Shown here: piece after piece, positions 16,408-34,898 of the stretch | Layout: every line of letters starts with the position of its first letter | Position numbering within the stretch: position 1 is the stretch's first letter | NCBI RefSeq assembly: GCF_009914755.1 | Contig: NC_060947.1 | DNA length: 64,000 bases | From: the human T2T-CHM13v2.0 reference genome, Homo sapiens | Strand: one strand, 5' to 3' | Made by a program: the position numbers and the translations under genes | Notes under the pieces: generated by a model | The model's database searches: none | Told to the model about the DNA's origin: nothing | What the model saw: only the letters and a program-made list of their open reading frames with translations

Positions 16408-16848
16408 CTTGTCGCTGACGGTTTCTATGGGAGTGAACAAAGGGGGACGAACGCGGAAATAGAGACAAAAACAAGAGGATCTGTTTTAAAAGAAGGGGTC
16501 AGGGGGCTCCTTGCTTCTAGTGAGGAAAGGCAGCCCTGAGCTTCTACAGCCCTTCATATTTATTAGGTAGAAAGAGCAGGGAGGAAGAGGTAATTGTTGG
16601 TCAGCTGCTTGATTTATCACAGGTACACATAATTGCTTTCTTTGTACAACAGGCTTCAGATGTTCTAATAGATAATCACAAGGAACACTGTGCTTGAGGC
16701 ATGACTGCCCTCAGCACCCCTTCTGGCGGCAGATGCAGTTGTTAGCTTTCCAACATCTTGCTTTCATGACAGCAGTTTGCTGTTTGCTCATATAGCCTCC
16801 AGTGGTATACTGAGTTGGTCATGACCCCCATTTTCTTGCCCTATAACA

Positions 16849-16883
16849 CAAGAGCAAAACTCTGTCTCAAAAAAAAAAAAAAA
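16849..16883 (+). mobile_element. Orphan Alu 3' tip with poly(A)
   Basis: caagagcaaaactctgtctc(A)n directly outside the LTR. Confidence 0.85.
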
Positions 16884-17984
16884 GACACCGCTAAGAAAAT
16901 GAATGTACAAACCACTGAATATATAAACATATACACCCTCAAATGAATACTACCTAGAACATATAAAAATTTTAGAATATATAAATATAAATGTTTATTA
17001 AGAATATATAAACATATAAATTACTCCTAAAATCAACAATTAAAGAAAAACATCCTTAGAAAATAATTGGACAGTTTCATACACAGGCTTAACATACTCT
17101 TACTATTTAGCAATTGCATTCCTTAGTATTTAATGAAGTGACTTGAAAACATATCCACATAAAAACCTGCACATGAATGGTTTTAGCAGCTTTATTTATA
17201 GTTGCCAAAACTTGAAAGCAACCAAGACATCCTTCAACAATGAATAAACTGTAGTACATCAAATGGAATATTATTCAGAAATAAAAGAAGTTAGCTGTCA
17301 AACCTTGAAAAAACAAGGTATATGTATTAATCCATTCTTGCATTGCTATAAAACAATACTTGAGACTGGGTAATTTATAAAGAAAAGAGGATTAATTAGC
17401 TCATGGTTCTGCTGGCTATACAGGAAGTGTGGTGCCAGCATCTGCTTCTGGTGCAGCCTCAGGAAGCTTACAATCATGGTGGAAGGTGAAGGGGAGCCAG
17501 TATGTTCCATGGCAAGAGCAAGAGCAAGAGAGAGAGAGGTAGTCCCAGAAACTTTAACAATCAGGTCTCAGATGAATTAAGAGTGACTATTCCTTTATAA
17601 TCAAGTGGATAATGTTAAACCCTTTATGAAGGATCTGCCTCATGATTGAGTCACCTCTCACTAGGTCCCAGCTCCAACACTGGGAATCACCTAACAACAT
17701 GAGATTTGAAGGAGACAAAGTGACGTGGTTTGGATTTGTATCCCCACTGAAATCACATGTCGAATTGTAATCCCTAGTGTTGGAGGAGTGGCCTGGTTGG
17801 AGGTGATTGAATCATGGGAATGGATTTTCCCCTCGTTGTTCTCATGATAGTGAGTGAATTCTCAGGAGATCTGGTTGCTTAAAAGTGTGTAGCATCTCCC
17901 CGTTCTCTCTCTCCTGCTCGGGCCACGTGAAGATGTGCCTGCTTCCCCTTCCCCTTGTGCCATGGTTGAAAGTTTCTTGTGGCT

Positions 17985-18304
<320 letters not shown>

Positions 18305-20322
18305 CTATACAAAACTGTGAGCCAGTTATATCCCTTTTATTTATAAATTACCCCATCTTAGGTATTTCTTTATAGCAGTACCATTTTTCTAAAACAGAAA
18401 AATGGTACCAGGAATTGGGGCATTTCTATAAAGATACTGAAAATGTGGAAGTAGGTTTGGAACTGGGGAATGAGCAGAGGTTGGAATAGATTGGAGGGTT
18501 CAGAAGAAGACAGGAAGATGAGGGAAAGTTTGGAACTTCCTGGAGACTTGTTGAATGGTTGTGACCAAAATGCTAATAGTGATATGAACAGTGAAGTCCA
18601 GTCTGAAGAGGCCTCAGGTAGAGATGAGGAACTTATTGGGAATGGAGTAAAGCTCACTGTTGCTATGCTTTAGCAAAGAGACTGGTAGCATTGTGCCCCT
18701 GCTATAGGGATCTGTGGAACTTTAAATTTGAGAGAGATGATTTAGGGTATCTGCAAGAAGAAATGTCTAAGTTGCAAAGCATTCAAGATGTAGTCTGGCT
18801 GCTTCCAAAAGCATATTCTCGTATGCATAGCACACAGATGTTATGAAGTTGGAACTTATATTTAAAAGAGAAGCAGAGCATAAAAGTTTGGAAAATTTGC
18901 AGCCTAACCATGTGGTAGTCAAGAAAAACCCATTTCCTGAGGAGGTTTGCTTAAGTAAAGAAGAGCTAAATGTTAATAGCCAAGACAATGGGAAAATGCC
19001 TCAAAGGCATTTCAGAGACCTTTGAGGCAGCACCTTCCATCACATGCCCTGAGGCCTAGGGGAGAAAAATGGTTTTGTGGATCAGGCCTAGGACCCTGCT
19101 GCCCTGCACAATGTTGGGACCCTTCTCCCTGTGTCCCAGCCACTCCAGCTCCAGCTGTGGATAAAAGGGCCCGAGATACATCTCAGGCCACTGCTCCAGA
19201 GGGTGCAAGCCACAAGCCTTGGTGGCTTCCATGTGGTGTTAAGGCTGCAGGTACACAGAGAGCAAGAGTTGAGTTTGGGAGTCTCTGCTTAGATTTCAGA
19301 GGATAAATGGAAATGCCTGGATGTCTAGGCAGAAGTCTGCTGCAGGGGTAGATCCCTCATGGGGAACCTCTACTAGGGCATGTGGAGGGGAAGTGTGGGA
19401 TTGGAGCACTCACAAATGTTCCCACCAGGGCACTGTCTAGTGGAGCTGTGAGAAGAGGGCCACCATCCTCCAGACCCCAGAATGGTATCTCCAGAAATAG
19501 TTTGCACTGTGCACCTGGAAAAGCCACAGGCACTCAGTGCCAGCCCAGGAAAGCAGCTGTCGGGGATGAGCCCTGCAGAGCCACAGGGGTGGAGCTGCTG
19601 AAGGCTTGGGAGCCCACCCCTTATATCAGTGTGACCTGAATTTGGGACATGGAGTCAAAAAAGATTATTTTGGAACTTTAATGTTTAATGACTGCCCTGC
19701 TGGGTTTCAGACTTACGTGGCGGTTGTGGCCCCTGTCTTTTGGCCTATTTCTCCCTTTTGGAAAAGGAGTATTTACCAAATGCCTATACCCCTGTTGTAT
19801 CTTGGAAGTAACTAACTTGGTTTTGATTTTATGGGCTTATAGGCAGAAGAGATTTGCCTTGTCTTAGATGAGACTGAACTGCGGACTTTCTGAGTTAATG
19901 GTGAAATGAGTTAAGATCTGGGGGACTATTGAGATGGATGATTGTATTTTGCAGTGTCAGAAGGACATGACATTTGGGAGGGGTCAGGGGCAGAATGATA
20001 TAGTTTGAATTTGTGCCACTGCCCAAATCTCAGGTTGAATTGTAATCCCCAGGGTTGGAGGAGGGACCTGGTGGGAGGTTATTGAATCATGGGGGTGGAT
20101 TTCTCACTTGCTGTTCTCATGATAGTGAGTTCTCATGTGATTTGGTTGTTTAAAATATACACCATCTCTCCCTTTGCTCTGTTCCTCCTGCTCTGGCCAT
20201 GTAAGGTGAGGCTGCTTCCCTGTCACCTTCCACCATGATTGAAAGTTTCCTAATGTGTCCCTCATCTTTCTACCTATACAGCCTATGGAAGCACGACCCA
20301 ATTAAACCTCTTTTCTTTATGA

Positions 20323-20659
<337 letters not shown>

Positions 20660-22779
20660 TCTGGTATTTCTTTATAGCAGTGTGAGAATGGACTAATACT
20701 AAAAATATCCAAATCATATCATTCTGCCCCTGGTCCCCCAAATTTTGTGTTTGTCTCACATTGCAAAATACAATCATGCCTTTGCAATAGTCTCCCAAAG
20801 TCTTAACTTGTTCCAGTGTTATTAACTCATAAGTTCCAAGTCCCAAGTCCATAGTCTCATGTGGAGAAGAGTTCCTTCCACCTGTGAGCCTATGAGATGA
20901 AAAGCATGTTACTTATTCCCAAGATATAATGGTGGTACAGGCATCGGGTATACATTTTCATTTCAAACAGGAGAACTTAGCCAAAATACATGGGCTACAG
21001 GCCCCACACAAGTCTGAAACCAGCAGGGCAGTCATTAAACCTTAAAGCTTCAAAATAATCCCTGATTCCATGTCCCACATCCAGGGCACACCAGTGCAAG
21101 GAGTGGGCTCCCAAGACCTTGGGCAGCTCTGCCCTTGTGATTTTGCAGGGTGAAGCCTCTGTGGCTGCTCTCACAAGTTGGAGTTGAACACCTGTGGCTT
21201 TTCCAGATTCAGTATGCCAGCTGCCCATGGCTCTATCATTCTAGAGTCCAGAGGGTGGTGGCCCCCTTCCCACAGCTCAACTGGACAATGCCTCATTGGA
21301 GACTCTGTGTCGGGGCTTCAACCCCACATTTCCCCTCAGTACTGACCTAGTATATTTCTCTGTGGTGCTGTGCCCCTGTGGCAGGTTTCTGTCTGGGTAC
21401 CCAGACTTTCCGATACATCCTCTGAAATTTTGGTCGAAGCTGCCAAGCCTCCTTCATTTTTGCATTCTGTGCACCTGCAGGCTTATTGTCCTGTGGAGGC
21501 CGCCATGGGTTATGGTTTGTGCCCTCCAAAGCATCCCAAGCTGTACCTGGGACCTTTTGATCTGAGGCTGGAACTGGGGTTGCCTGTATGCAGGAAGCAG
21601 TGTCTTGAGGCTTCTTTGGGGCAGCAGGGCCCTGGGCCTGGCCCGTGAAACCATTCTTTCTTCCCAGGGCTCTGGGCCTGTGAGGGGAGAAACCGTCTTC
21701 AAAATTTTTGAAATGCCTTTGAGGCCTTTTTCCCATTGTCTTGGCTATAAGTAGCTGGCTGGCTTTTAGTCATGCTAGTCTCCCTAGCACGTGTTGCTCC
21801 ACAGCCCTCTTGAATTCCTCTTTTGAAAATGCTCTTTCCTTTACCAAAATTGGCCAGGCTGCCCATTTCCAAATTTTTATACCCTGCTTCCCTTTTAAAT
21901 ATAAGTTCCAAATTTATTTCTTTTCTCTCATATCTGATCACAGAGTGTTAAAAGCATCCAGGCCAAATCTTAGATGTTTTGCTGCTTAGAAATTTCTTCT
22001 GCCACATACCGTAAGTCATTTACTCTTAAGTTCAAACTTCCAGAGATCCCTAGGACGTAAACACAATGCAGCAAAGCACTTTGCTAGAGTATAATATGAG
22101 TGACCTTTATTCCAGTTTCCAATAACTTCCTCATTTCCATCGGAGACCTCATTAGTCTGGACTTCACTGTTCGTATTCTTATCAGCATTTTTGCATACAA
22201 TCATTTAGTCTCTAAGAAGTTCCAAACTTAACCTCATCTTCCTGTCTTCTTCTAAGTCCTCCAAACTCTTCCAACCTCTGCCCAATAACCAGCTCCAAAG
22301 CTGTTTCTACATTTTTAGATATTGTTATAACAATAGCCCATTCTTTGGTACCAATTTTTGGTATTAGTCCATTCTTGCATTGCTATATAGAAATGCCTGA
22401 GACTGAGTAATCTATAAAGAAAAAAGGTTTAATTGGCTCATGGTTCTGCAGGCTGTAAAGAAGCATGACAGCATCTGCTTCTGGTGAGGGTTTCAGGAAG
22501 CTTACAATCACAGAAGAAGGCAAAGGGGAGCCAGTGTGCCATGTGGTGAAAGCAGCAGTAAGATAGAGAGAAGTGGGAAGTCTCATACTTTTTGAACAAC
22601 CAGATCTCATGTGAACTAACTGAGTGAGAATTCACTTATCACCAAGTGGATGGTGCTGAAGGATTAATGAGGGATCCACCCCTATTATCCAATACCTCTC
22701 ACCAGGCCCCACCTCCAACACTGGGAATCACATTTCAAGATGAGATTTTGAGGTTGCAAACATCCAAACCATATTAACA

Positions 22780-24630
<1,851 letters not shown>

Positions 24631-24914
24631 AAAAAGACTGGAATATTAACTTCAAAGACCTCAACAAAAGAAAAACTGATGATACAAAAATTTAATAACA
24701 ATAAACATAACGAAACTGTCATTCAAGTATAAAGACACAGAACGCTTTTGTACCAAGAGACAGTAGCTTCCATTTACCTGAAAGGGCCCTAGGAGAGATA
24801 TAGCTAAATGTGAACTTTAGTAGCATCTTCAAAAATGACACATGGGAAATATATTCTATTCGATTTTCCAAACTCCCAAAAGCGTATGTCTTTATACCAA
24901 CATTTCAGTTTACC

Positions 24915-25297
24915 CGTCTTGAAATTGCTGTTTTGAAGTCCAGTGCCCCAGTACCTCAGAATGTGACCTTATTTGGGGATAGAGTCTTTGCAGAGATAAT
25001 TTGGTTAAAATGAATTCATTAGGGTATGATCTATTCTGACTGGTGTCCCTGTAAAAAGAGGAAATTTGGGTGCACACACCCAAAGGGAGAACAGTGTGAA
25101 AATACAGAGAAAAGACTGCCATCTACAAGCTAAGGAGAAGGGCCTAGAACAGATCCTTCCCTCACAACCCCCAGAAGGAAGCAACCCTGCGAACACCTCG
25201 ATCTTTTACTTCTAACCTCCAGAGCTGTTAAAAATAAATAAATTTCTGTTGTTTAAGCCACCCAGTCTGCGCTTCTTTGTTATAGCAGCCCTAAAAA
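24915..25297 (+). mobile_element. MLT1A/B-type solo LTR
   Basis: ccccagtacctcagaatgtgaccttatttgg..aaatttctgttgtttaagccacccagt. Confidence 0.8.
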
Positions 25298-25329
25298 AAC
25301 AAGTACATAATGGCTTAGTTAACTAACAC

Positions 25330-25900
25330 TACTCCCACAAAACGTAGTTCAGATGTCGGGTACCACTGTATACCCACTGGTTATTCCATAAAGTACGTAT
25401 TTTGCTGCTAACTCTTCAGTCCACATTTCATTATATAAATAACAGACATGCATCATAAATGGCCAATCACATCACTTTCTACAAAGACTGTCAGTAATTG
25501 GTCACTGCACATCTAATATTTAATGCATACATAGCAAAGCATGTTAATTGTGTTGCCTCCTTTCCTTTCAGTGATAAAGCTATGTGACATTTTAGATACA
25601 TGGACAACAGAAAGACGGAATTGGACAAAGAATGAAAATGCAGGGAAGAAATAAATCAGCAAACAAAACACTGAACGTGAAATTGGAAAGTGGTTGTAAT
25701 GGGAAGGATGAAGATGTCCCAAAGGAAGTAACACTGGCAACAACTTTCACATTAAAGAAACTTTTGGGGAAATTTTACAAATTTAAATACAAAGGATAAA
25801 ACACTGGAAGCGATCCATACTTAGAAAGGAATATGACAATTCACTAAAGCAAAGCAAGATGCTTACTTCATATCATAAATTACATGATTTATGTGCTAAG
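25330..25900 (+). mobile_element. Probable TcMar-Tigger DNA transposon remnant
   Basis: aactttcacattaaag..gatccatacttagaaaggaatatgacaatt resembles recalled Tigger-family sequence. Confidence 0.4.
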
Positions 25901-26208
25901 AAGCTGTTGTGATTTTCAAGAATCTCGAGGAAGCTCCCAATAGCTATCTCATTCTGCCACAACAAAGCAGATATCTCTTAAGTGCTTACTAAGAAGCCCA
26001 TGTGACTTTCACATCTGCCTATGCACCTGTCTGCAACTACCCCAGAGTATAATAGACTGTTCTCTTCCACCTTTTAAATCTCATTCATGCAAGTGCCTCC
26101 TACTGGAAAACTGTAATCCAGAATCATTTCGGGGAGAGGATTCTGGGAAACTGTTCACTGGCTTCCCTTCTGTGATACAAAAAGAGGATCTTAAAGCAGC
26201 TTGGTCGT

Positions 26209-27107
<899 letters not shown>

Positions 27108-27971
27108 ATGGTCATGCTGAGTTCATAACAGGCCTCTAGAAATAACGAGGACATAAGTGGAAACTCAGTCAAAAAGTCTAGCAGTAAGGATTGAACCCAT
27201 TGAAATGTAGGGCTACAATTAAAATAAATGTAGAGATTATGAGTACAAATTTTAAAAATATAAATTCTGTAAATTCTGATAATATAGAAATTAAGTAATT
27301 AAGGAAGAGAAGAACTAGAGGAAAATGGCTAGCTTTTTCTATGGTAGTAAGTTCATCTTTCATAACTGAGATCAAACCATCATTGTAACTAGATAAAATA
27401 ATATAAAAACTCAGATACTTTTAATGATAAAGATAAACATTGGAGAAATAAAATAATTAACCAAAATTTGGGTAGTAGAGAAGTAGAAGGGAAAGGTGGA
27501 GAAAGTGGAAATATACTAATTCTACCATTGTTCATTATAAGCAAAGAATACTATCTAAAGAAGAGAGGATTAAATGTGTTTTTTATAATTAAAGCAAAAC
27601 TAGCAGATTAAAAATATAACCCTTCCCAAGCTTCAGAAGAAATACACAAAAAAGTAAAGAAAATATATTAAAGACTTTTAAAACAGAAAACATAATGTGA
27701 AATAACTTGACAAACTAAGCCCGTAAGTGCCTACCATTTAAATAAAATCAGCTAAAGTCACTTTTTAAAGGATATGTTTTCAGATCTCATTACATAGCAA
27801 AACCCCTGTACTTAAAAATGACTCAGAAACACTAACATTAAATGATGGAGAGAGTTAAACCATGCAAATGCAAACAAAAATAAATCAGGGTTCATACTTT
27901 TAAAATTGGACATGTTGAATTTATCGCAAAAAGCATTATAATAGAAAAAATAGTGAAACACTTTGTTGGTT

Positions 27972-28857
27972 TTTTTTCTTCAACTTTTATTTTAAGTTCC
28001 TGGGGTACATGTGCAGGATATGCAGGTTTGTTACATAGGTAAATGTGTGTCATGGTGGTTTGCTGTGCAGATCAAACCGTCACCTAGGTGTTAAACTCAG
28101 CATGGATTAGCTATCCTTCCTGATGCTCTCCCTCCCTGTACCCTCCTGACAGCCCTCAGTGTGTGTTGTTCCCCAGCCATGTGTCCATGTGTTATCATTT
28201 AGCTCCCACTTTCCCACTTATAAGTGAGAACGTGTGGTGTTTGGTTTTCTGTTCTTTCATTAGTTTGCTGAGGATAATAGCTTCCAGCTCCATCCATGTC
28301 CCTGCAAAGGACATGAACTCATTCCTTTTTATGGCTGCATAGTATTCCGTGGTATATATGTACCACATTTTCTTTATCCAGTCTATCATTGATGGGCATT
28401 TGGGTTGATTTCATGTCTTTGCTATTATGAATAGTGCTGCAATGAACATACACATGCATGTATCTTTATAATAGAATGATTTATATTCCTTTGGTTTTAT
28501 ACCCGGTAATGGGATTGCTGGGTCAAATGGTATTTCTGCTTCTAGATCTTTAGAGAATCTCCACACTGTCTTCCACGGTAGTTGAACTAATTTACATCCC
28601 CACCAACAGTGTAAAAGCCTTCTGTTTTCCTTGCAACCTCGCCAGCATCTGTTGTTTCTTGACTTTTTAATAATTGCCATTCTGACTGGCATAAGATGAT
28701 ATTTCATTGTGGTTTTGATTTGCATTTCTCTAATGATCAGTGATGTTGAGCTTTTTTTCATGTTGTTGACTGCATGAATGTCTTCTTTTGAGAAGTTTCT
28801 GTTCGTGTCCTTGGCCCACTTTTTAATGTTTTTTTTTTCTCGTAAATTTGTTTAAGC
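27972..28857 (-). mobile_element. 5'-truncated older L1PA 3' end
   Basis: ORF2 C-terminal peptides ([19 protein letters not shown]; WIKKMWYIYTTEYY) and 3'UTR. Confidence 0.9.
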
Positions 28858-29214
28858 TTAGTGGAACACTTTGTAATGATAAAGGTTGCAATTCCCATCA
28901 GAGATCCAACAATTATGAAAATCCATGTGCTAAATAATATAGCATTAATTTTCATAAGGCAAGCATTTCAAGAGTAAAAAGAGAAGAATAAAATCATATT
29001 AGTAGTGAAGGGTTTTAATACGTCTCTCTCAGTCCATAATAGATCCCAGAGGACAAAAAATCCCCACATAGATCTCAATATCCTAATTAGTAAAGTATAT
29101 ATAATTGACAAATATTGAACCAACCATATTAATGTCAGGAAAAGGACTAAATTTAAGGTTCTCAGATTCCCAGTATGCTGTTTTCTTGCCCCTGAAACTG
29201 TGATTTTCGTCTAT

Positions 29215-30430
29215 ATTAAATTATATGCAAAAGGATGATGTCGGACTTATACCTCAGGCCATACACGAATAACTTGAAATAAAACAAAGGCCCTACAGCA
29301 ATAGCTAAAACTACAAAACTCTTAAGAGAAAACATAGGTTTTAGTCTTCATGACTTTGGATTTGGCAATGGCTTCTTAGATGTGACACCAAACACACAAG
29401 TGACAAAAAAAGTAGAAACACCGGACCTCATAAAACTTAAAAGCTTTAGTGCCTCAAAAGCCACTATCAATAAAATGAATGGACATCCCAGAGAATGAGA
29501 TAAACTATTTTCAAACTGTATATCACATAAGTGACTAATATGTAAAATATGTAAAGAACTCCTCCAGCTCAGCATGAAAAAGAGAAAACACCCAAATAAA
29601 AAGTGTGCAAAGGTCTTGAATAGACATTTTTCCAAAGTAGGTATACAGTTGATCAATAAGCACATGAAAAAAATATTCAAGATCGTTAATCATCAGGAAA
29701 ATGCAAATCAAAACCACAATGAGATACTACTGCATACCAATTGGTATGGCTATAATATTAATTTTAAAAAACAATAAAAAGCGTTGCTGAGAATGTGGAG
29801 AAATTGGAACCCTCAATCATTGCTGGTGGGAATGTAAAATGGTGCAGCTGCTAAAAAAAGCCTGGCATTGTTCTCAAATGGTTAACCATAGAGTTACCAT
29901 TTCATCCAGCAATTCTATTTCTGGGTATATACTTGTGAGAAATGAAGACGTATGTCCACCCAGAAACATGAACATGATTATTTATAGTATCATTATTTAT
30001 AACAGCAAAATTGAATCAACTCAAATGTCCATCCACTGATTCAATACATAAAATGAGATGCATCCATGCAAATAAATATGATTCTGCAATGCAAAAGATG
30101 AAGTATTGATACATACTACAATATGGATGAACCTTAAACAAAATGCTAAGTGCAAGAAGCCAGTCGCAAAGGAACACACGATTCCATTTACGTTAAATCT
30201 CTGGAATAAGCAAATTCACAGATACAAAAATAGAGTAGAAATTGCTTAGCACTGGGGAATGGAGGAAATGGGCATGACCGCTAAAGGGCTAAAGGGAATG
30301 GAGTGCCTTTTTGGGTGAAAATGTTCTAAAATTGGTTGCGGCAATAATTTTACAACCTTGCGAATATACTAAAAGTGTGCTAGATTATACACTTTTAAAT
30401 GGCAAATTGCATGGCATGTAAGTAATCACA
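29215..30430 (+). mobile_element. Old L1M ORF2 end and 3'UTR
   Basis: aatgcaaatcaaaaccacaatgagatac; gctggtgggaatgtaaaatggtgcagc. Confidence 0.8.
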
Positions 30431-31379
30431 ATCAATATCATACACACACACGTACACATATGTTTACACTGAGAAACAGCACCCATGTTTACCCAGAGAA
30501 GATTAGTGTAGGGTTTTGCAGTGTGACAGTCCATGCACGTTGTCACTGATCTGCTGCCTCACCTTTTTGATGTAGGTATTAGAGACAGACTTGTAACTCC
30601 TTCAGCTCCTGCGGTATCTTCAGCTTCATCTTCTCTGACTGTTGGGCCAGGTGTGTGTTTAGCTTCCCGATGAAGGACATTGACTTCTCTTGCACTTCAT
30701 CTGCATCATCCAAGTTGAAGGTTTAGAGGTCGCGGGAAACTGATGTGGATTTCTGCTTATCTTTGGGAATTCTGGTTATCCCTTTTCTCCACCATTTTGC
30801 AGGCATCTTTCCTTCCTTACTGCCTGTCCTGCTGTCTTCAGAGTAAACACAAGACTCAGAAGTAATGGGAAAATATAGATTTCTTTACCACTTCCTACAA
30901 TAGCATATAATCAAATAATGCCTATAATAAATGCTTTATTCTATATTACTTGTAGTGGTTCTGTTGCAATTGTGATACATGTCTGGTTTCATAATGTTTC
31001 CAGATAGTCTCTTACATCTTATCAGCCTGAACAATATTATTGCCTGCATAGATTCCCCACATGGCAAATCTACATGCAGTTGTCCCAGAAAATAAAAGCT
31101 GTCCCAGACAGCCTTTCCAACTTTTATCTTCTGACAATATTATCTCACAACAACAGATTACACCTTAGCTACTCCCTTAAATCACATTTTGCCCCTCCCA
31201 TCTTCTTCACATCAGTGTTATGCTTTATTGTGCTCGGTGATATAATTTGGAATTTGTAGCTATAGACAACATTTCTGTCTTTGCCAAGCAGTTAATTAAG
31301 GTGTTACTATAACCTCACTGCAAATGTAATCTAAAGGATTAAAGTATGACTCAAACTTACCTATCTCAAGATAGTCAGA

Positions 31380-31520
31380 TAAGCTATATTTTGGGAAACT
31401 AACATTGAATGAGCTTCTACATTATGCTTATCACATCCTCTCATTTACTACTAAAAACCTTGCATGATTAATATAGTTTTGCCTATTTCACAAATGAAAA
31501 AACTGAGGCACAGAGATGTT
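31380..31520. mobile_element. MIR fragment
   Basis: cctatttcacaaatgaaaaaactgaggcacagaga core. Confidence 0.6.
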
Positions 31521-32870
31521 ACTATGAAAACAATGACTCTAATGTACGTAACTGTGAATGGACTTGATTTGGTTTCTTCCTGTAGAAAGCATGTCAATGG
31601 GCTCTCCCATATACTTTTTCGATTTCTCTCCCCTGCTCATCACACATTTTAACTCTGTCCCTGACTATACATTGGCCTTATTCTCATCAGCTGCAGATGT
31701 GGTTTTCCCACAAGACTGTGGAGTTTCTGGCAACAACTAGGCTTCATATGTTCCCAGTTGAACAACTCCAATAGAAAAATAACTTTCTTCTGAAAGTCTT
31801 CCAGGGGAGGACTCTGACAGGACATGCTTTAATTATGTCTCCCTTGGACCAATCACTGTGACAAAAAGGATGTTCTATTTTGAATGACTCAGCCTAAATC
31901 AGGTCCATTCCCCTGTGGCAGAGAGCAGGAGGTGGGTAATTGGGAGGAGACACCATTTTAGATGCCACTGTCATGACCACACGAAGTGGGCATTCTCCAG
32001 CGCAGCAAAAATAAGGGAGGTGGGAGGGTGTGCTGAGAACTTGCCTAGCTATAGTTAACAGAGTCACCCGCACTAGTTGACTCCTTTTTAGAGGTAAAAT
32101 TTTAGATACAATTTGGGTAACAGTCTCAAAATGATAAGCCTGTTCTACAATCGTTTGATCCCAGGATAGCAATATGAAAACACAATTATTTTATTGATTA
32201 AAAATATGTGCATTATCCAGAATCATTTTTGTACTGCGTTTGTCTTCTGCTCAGTCTTGTAAGATATCTCAACCTAGTAACTTTCTATTTGAAAAGAGAA
32301 TTTTTTTATATAAATTGCTTTTCATTAAGAAACACTAGACTATGTCCTGAGGCAGGGTAAGGATGGGAGAATATCAATGTCCATACTTATAGATTCTCAC
32401 ACCAGTGAAAATCTGGCAATTTCTCTGCTACTTTTGGAAAGATTTATTTTGTCAGTCTGGTAGTGACTCTTAGAAATGATCAATGCAATCCTTAGATGTA
32501 GGAGAAAATGGAGAGATTACACTGGGGTTTAAGCTAATCTCCTTTGAGATATGGTTTCTTCTTTCATTTAAGAGCTGTTATTTTGCTTGGTTTCAAAGAT
32601 GATAGGAAATCATAGTTTAGAGGAAGAAACAGTCAAAATAAAGCCAAAAGCACTCAGTTTCTCTGTTTTTGAGAGCCTAGTCTTTTTATGCTTTCAAAGA
32701 CAATGTCCAGTGAACTCTTGAGTTACTTGGCCCTATTTTGTGAGCAAAGTAAAACAAAATTTCAATGTTAAAAATTTAGCAGTAATTGTTCATATAATAA
32801 ATTAAACTAGATATGTACATTATTTTCATAAAAGACTGCTTCAGTGCTTTTTAAAAAAATAATTTCATCC

Positions 32871-33175
<305 letters not shown>

Positions 33176-34595
33176 TTATTTTAGATTCAGAGGGTACATG
33201 TGCAGGTTTGTAATATGGGCATATTGCGTGATGCTAAGGTTTGGGATATGAATGATCCTGTAACCCAAGTGGTAAGCATAGTACTCACTGGATTGAAAAA
33301 CAACCCCCCCCGATTAGTCCCCAAGTGTCTATTGTTGCCATCCTGTGTCCATAAATACCCAGTGTCTAGCCCCTGCTTATAAGTGAGAACTCGTGGTATC
33401 TGATTTTCTGTTCCTGCGTTAATTCACTTAGGAAAATGACCTCCAGCTGCATCCATGTTGCTGCACATACAAGTATGTGTTTAGACAATAAATTCATTAT
33501 AAAGAAAGAGAAAAAATATGACAGTTGTAGAAACTGATACTGATTTTTAAAATGACACTAACTCTTGTCAGACATTTGGAAGAAAGCACTGCAGAAAATG
33601 CATAAATTATCACATTCCAATAGCAAATTCCTAGGTTTGCAGAGAAAATAGAATGGATACTTAAAGGTAAAATTAAAGTTTGGATTACTGTTAACTTTTA
33701 TTTAATCCACTAAGCTGCCTACCTCTGAAAATGTAGTAGCACTCTATGGAAGCCCATTTTTGATAGGCAGTTTCAAGACAAAACCTGTGTGTTGTTACCG
33801 TTGTGATGAGACCTGCTATCTCATTTGAACACCTCAATGGCAAAAGGACCTTTATGATTTGACTAGAACATTAGTAAGCAGTGAAAACAAAGTCACTGAA
33901 GTTAGCACTGAGTTTTGCCAGAGTTCTGATGAAGAAGTGCTCTCAGATTATTGAAATGATTTGGAAACATCTTACCTCATTATCTCATGGATGGACCTTG
34001 GAGGCCACTAATTCTAAGGCCTGGAGGTTGTAGACTTGTTCCGTTGACAAAAGTAAAAGGCGAAAGTATTGACAAAGAGTAAGATGTTGTAGGCACTTGT
34101 GAGGAGATAACCACAGGACAAAGGGAAGGTGGTTGGAGGATGGTTTTGAGTTTTAGTGCTTTATGATCTTGCTACTATGTACCAGGAAAAGTGTAGGTTT
34201 GCTCGATGCACTTGGAGCTGGGCCATCAACACTCTGATCACCCTTGATCGAATTCAGCTGATTCAAGTTCTGTATGAAAAGACCTTCTGAATGCAATGGG
34301 GATCTTTTCTGGGCAGGGTTCTTATTATGCATGAGGACCTTCTTACCATATCGGTATCTCCTCAGGTTAGAAAACTGCAGTTGAGATATGACTATTTTTC
34401 TGATCCTCCCTTTCTTTTAGTTTGTTTTCATTTTGCTTTCCCTCTAGCTTTAGTAAAATCATTTTGAAAATCCTAATTTTTCACAACTTGGCCACAATTA
34501 ACAAGAAGTTAGTTTTTTTCTCATTGTTTGTTCTTTAGCCAGGAAGAAACTGGGGATAGCCTTTTCTTGAGATTAAGTATAAGAAACACAGAAGG

Positions 34596-34898
34596 GGCCG
34601 GGCGTGGTGGCTCACACCTGTAATCCGAGCACATTGGGAGGCCGAGGCAAGTGGATCATCTGAGGTGGGGAGTTCGAGACCATCCTGGCCAACATGGCGA
34701 AACCCCCTCTCTACTAAAAATACAAAAATTAGCTAGGCGTGGTGGCATGTGCCTGTAATCCCAGTTACCTCAGAGGCTGAGGCAGGAGAATTGCTTGAAC
34801 CCGGGAGGCAGAGGTTTCAGTGAGCCGAGATTGCGCCACTGCACTCTAGCCTGGGCGACAGAGTGAGATTCTGTCTCAAAAAAAAAAAAAAAAAAAAA
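34596..34898 (+). mobile_element. AluS
   Basis: Full Alu with poly(A). Confidence 0.95.
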
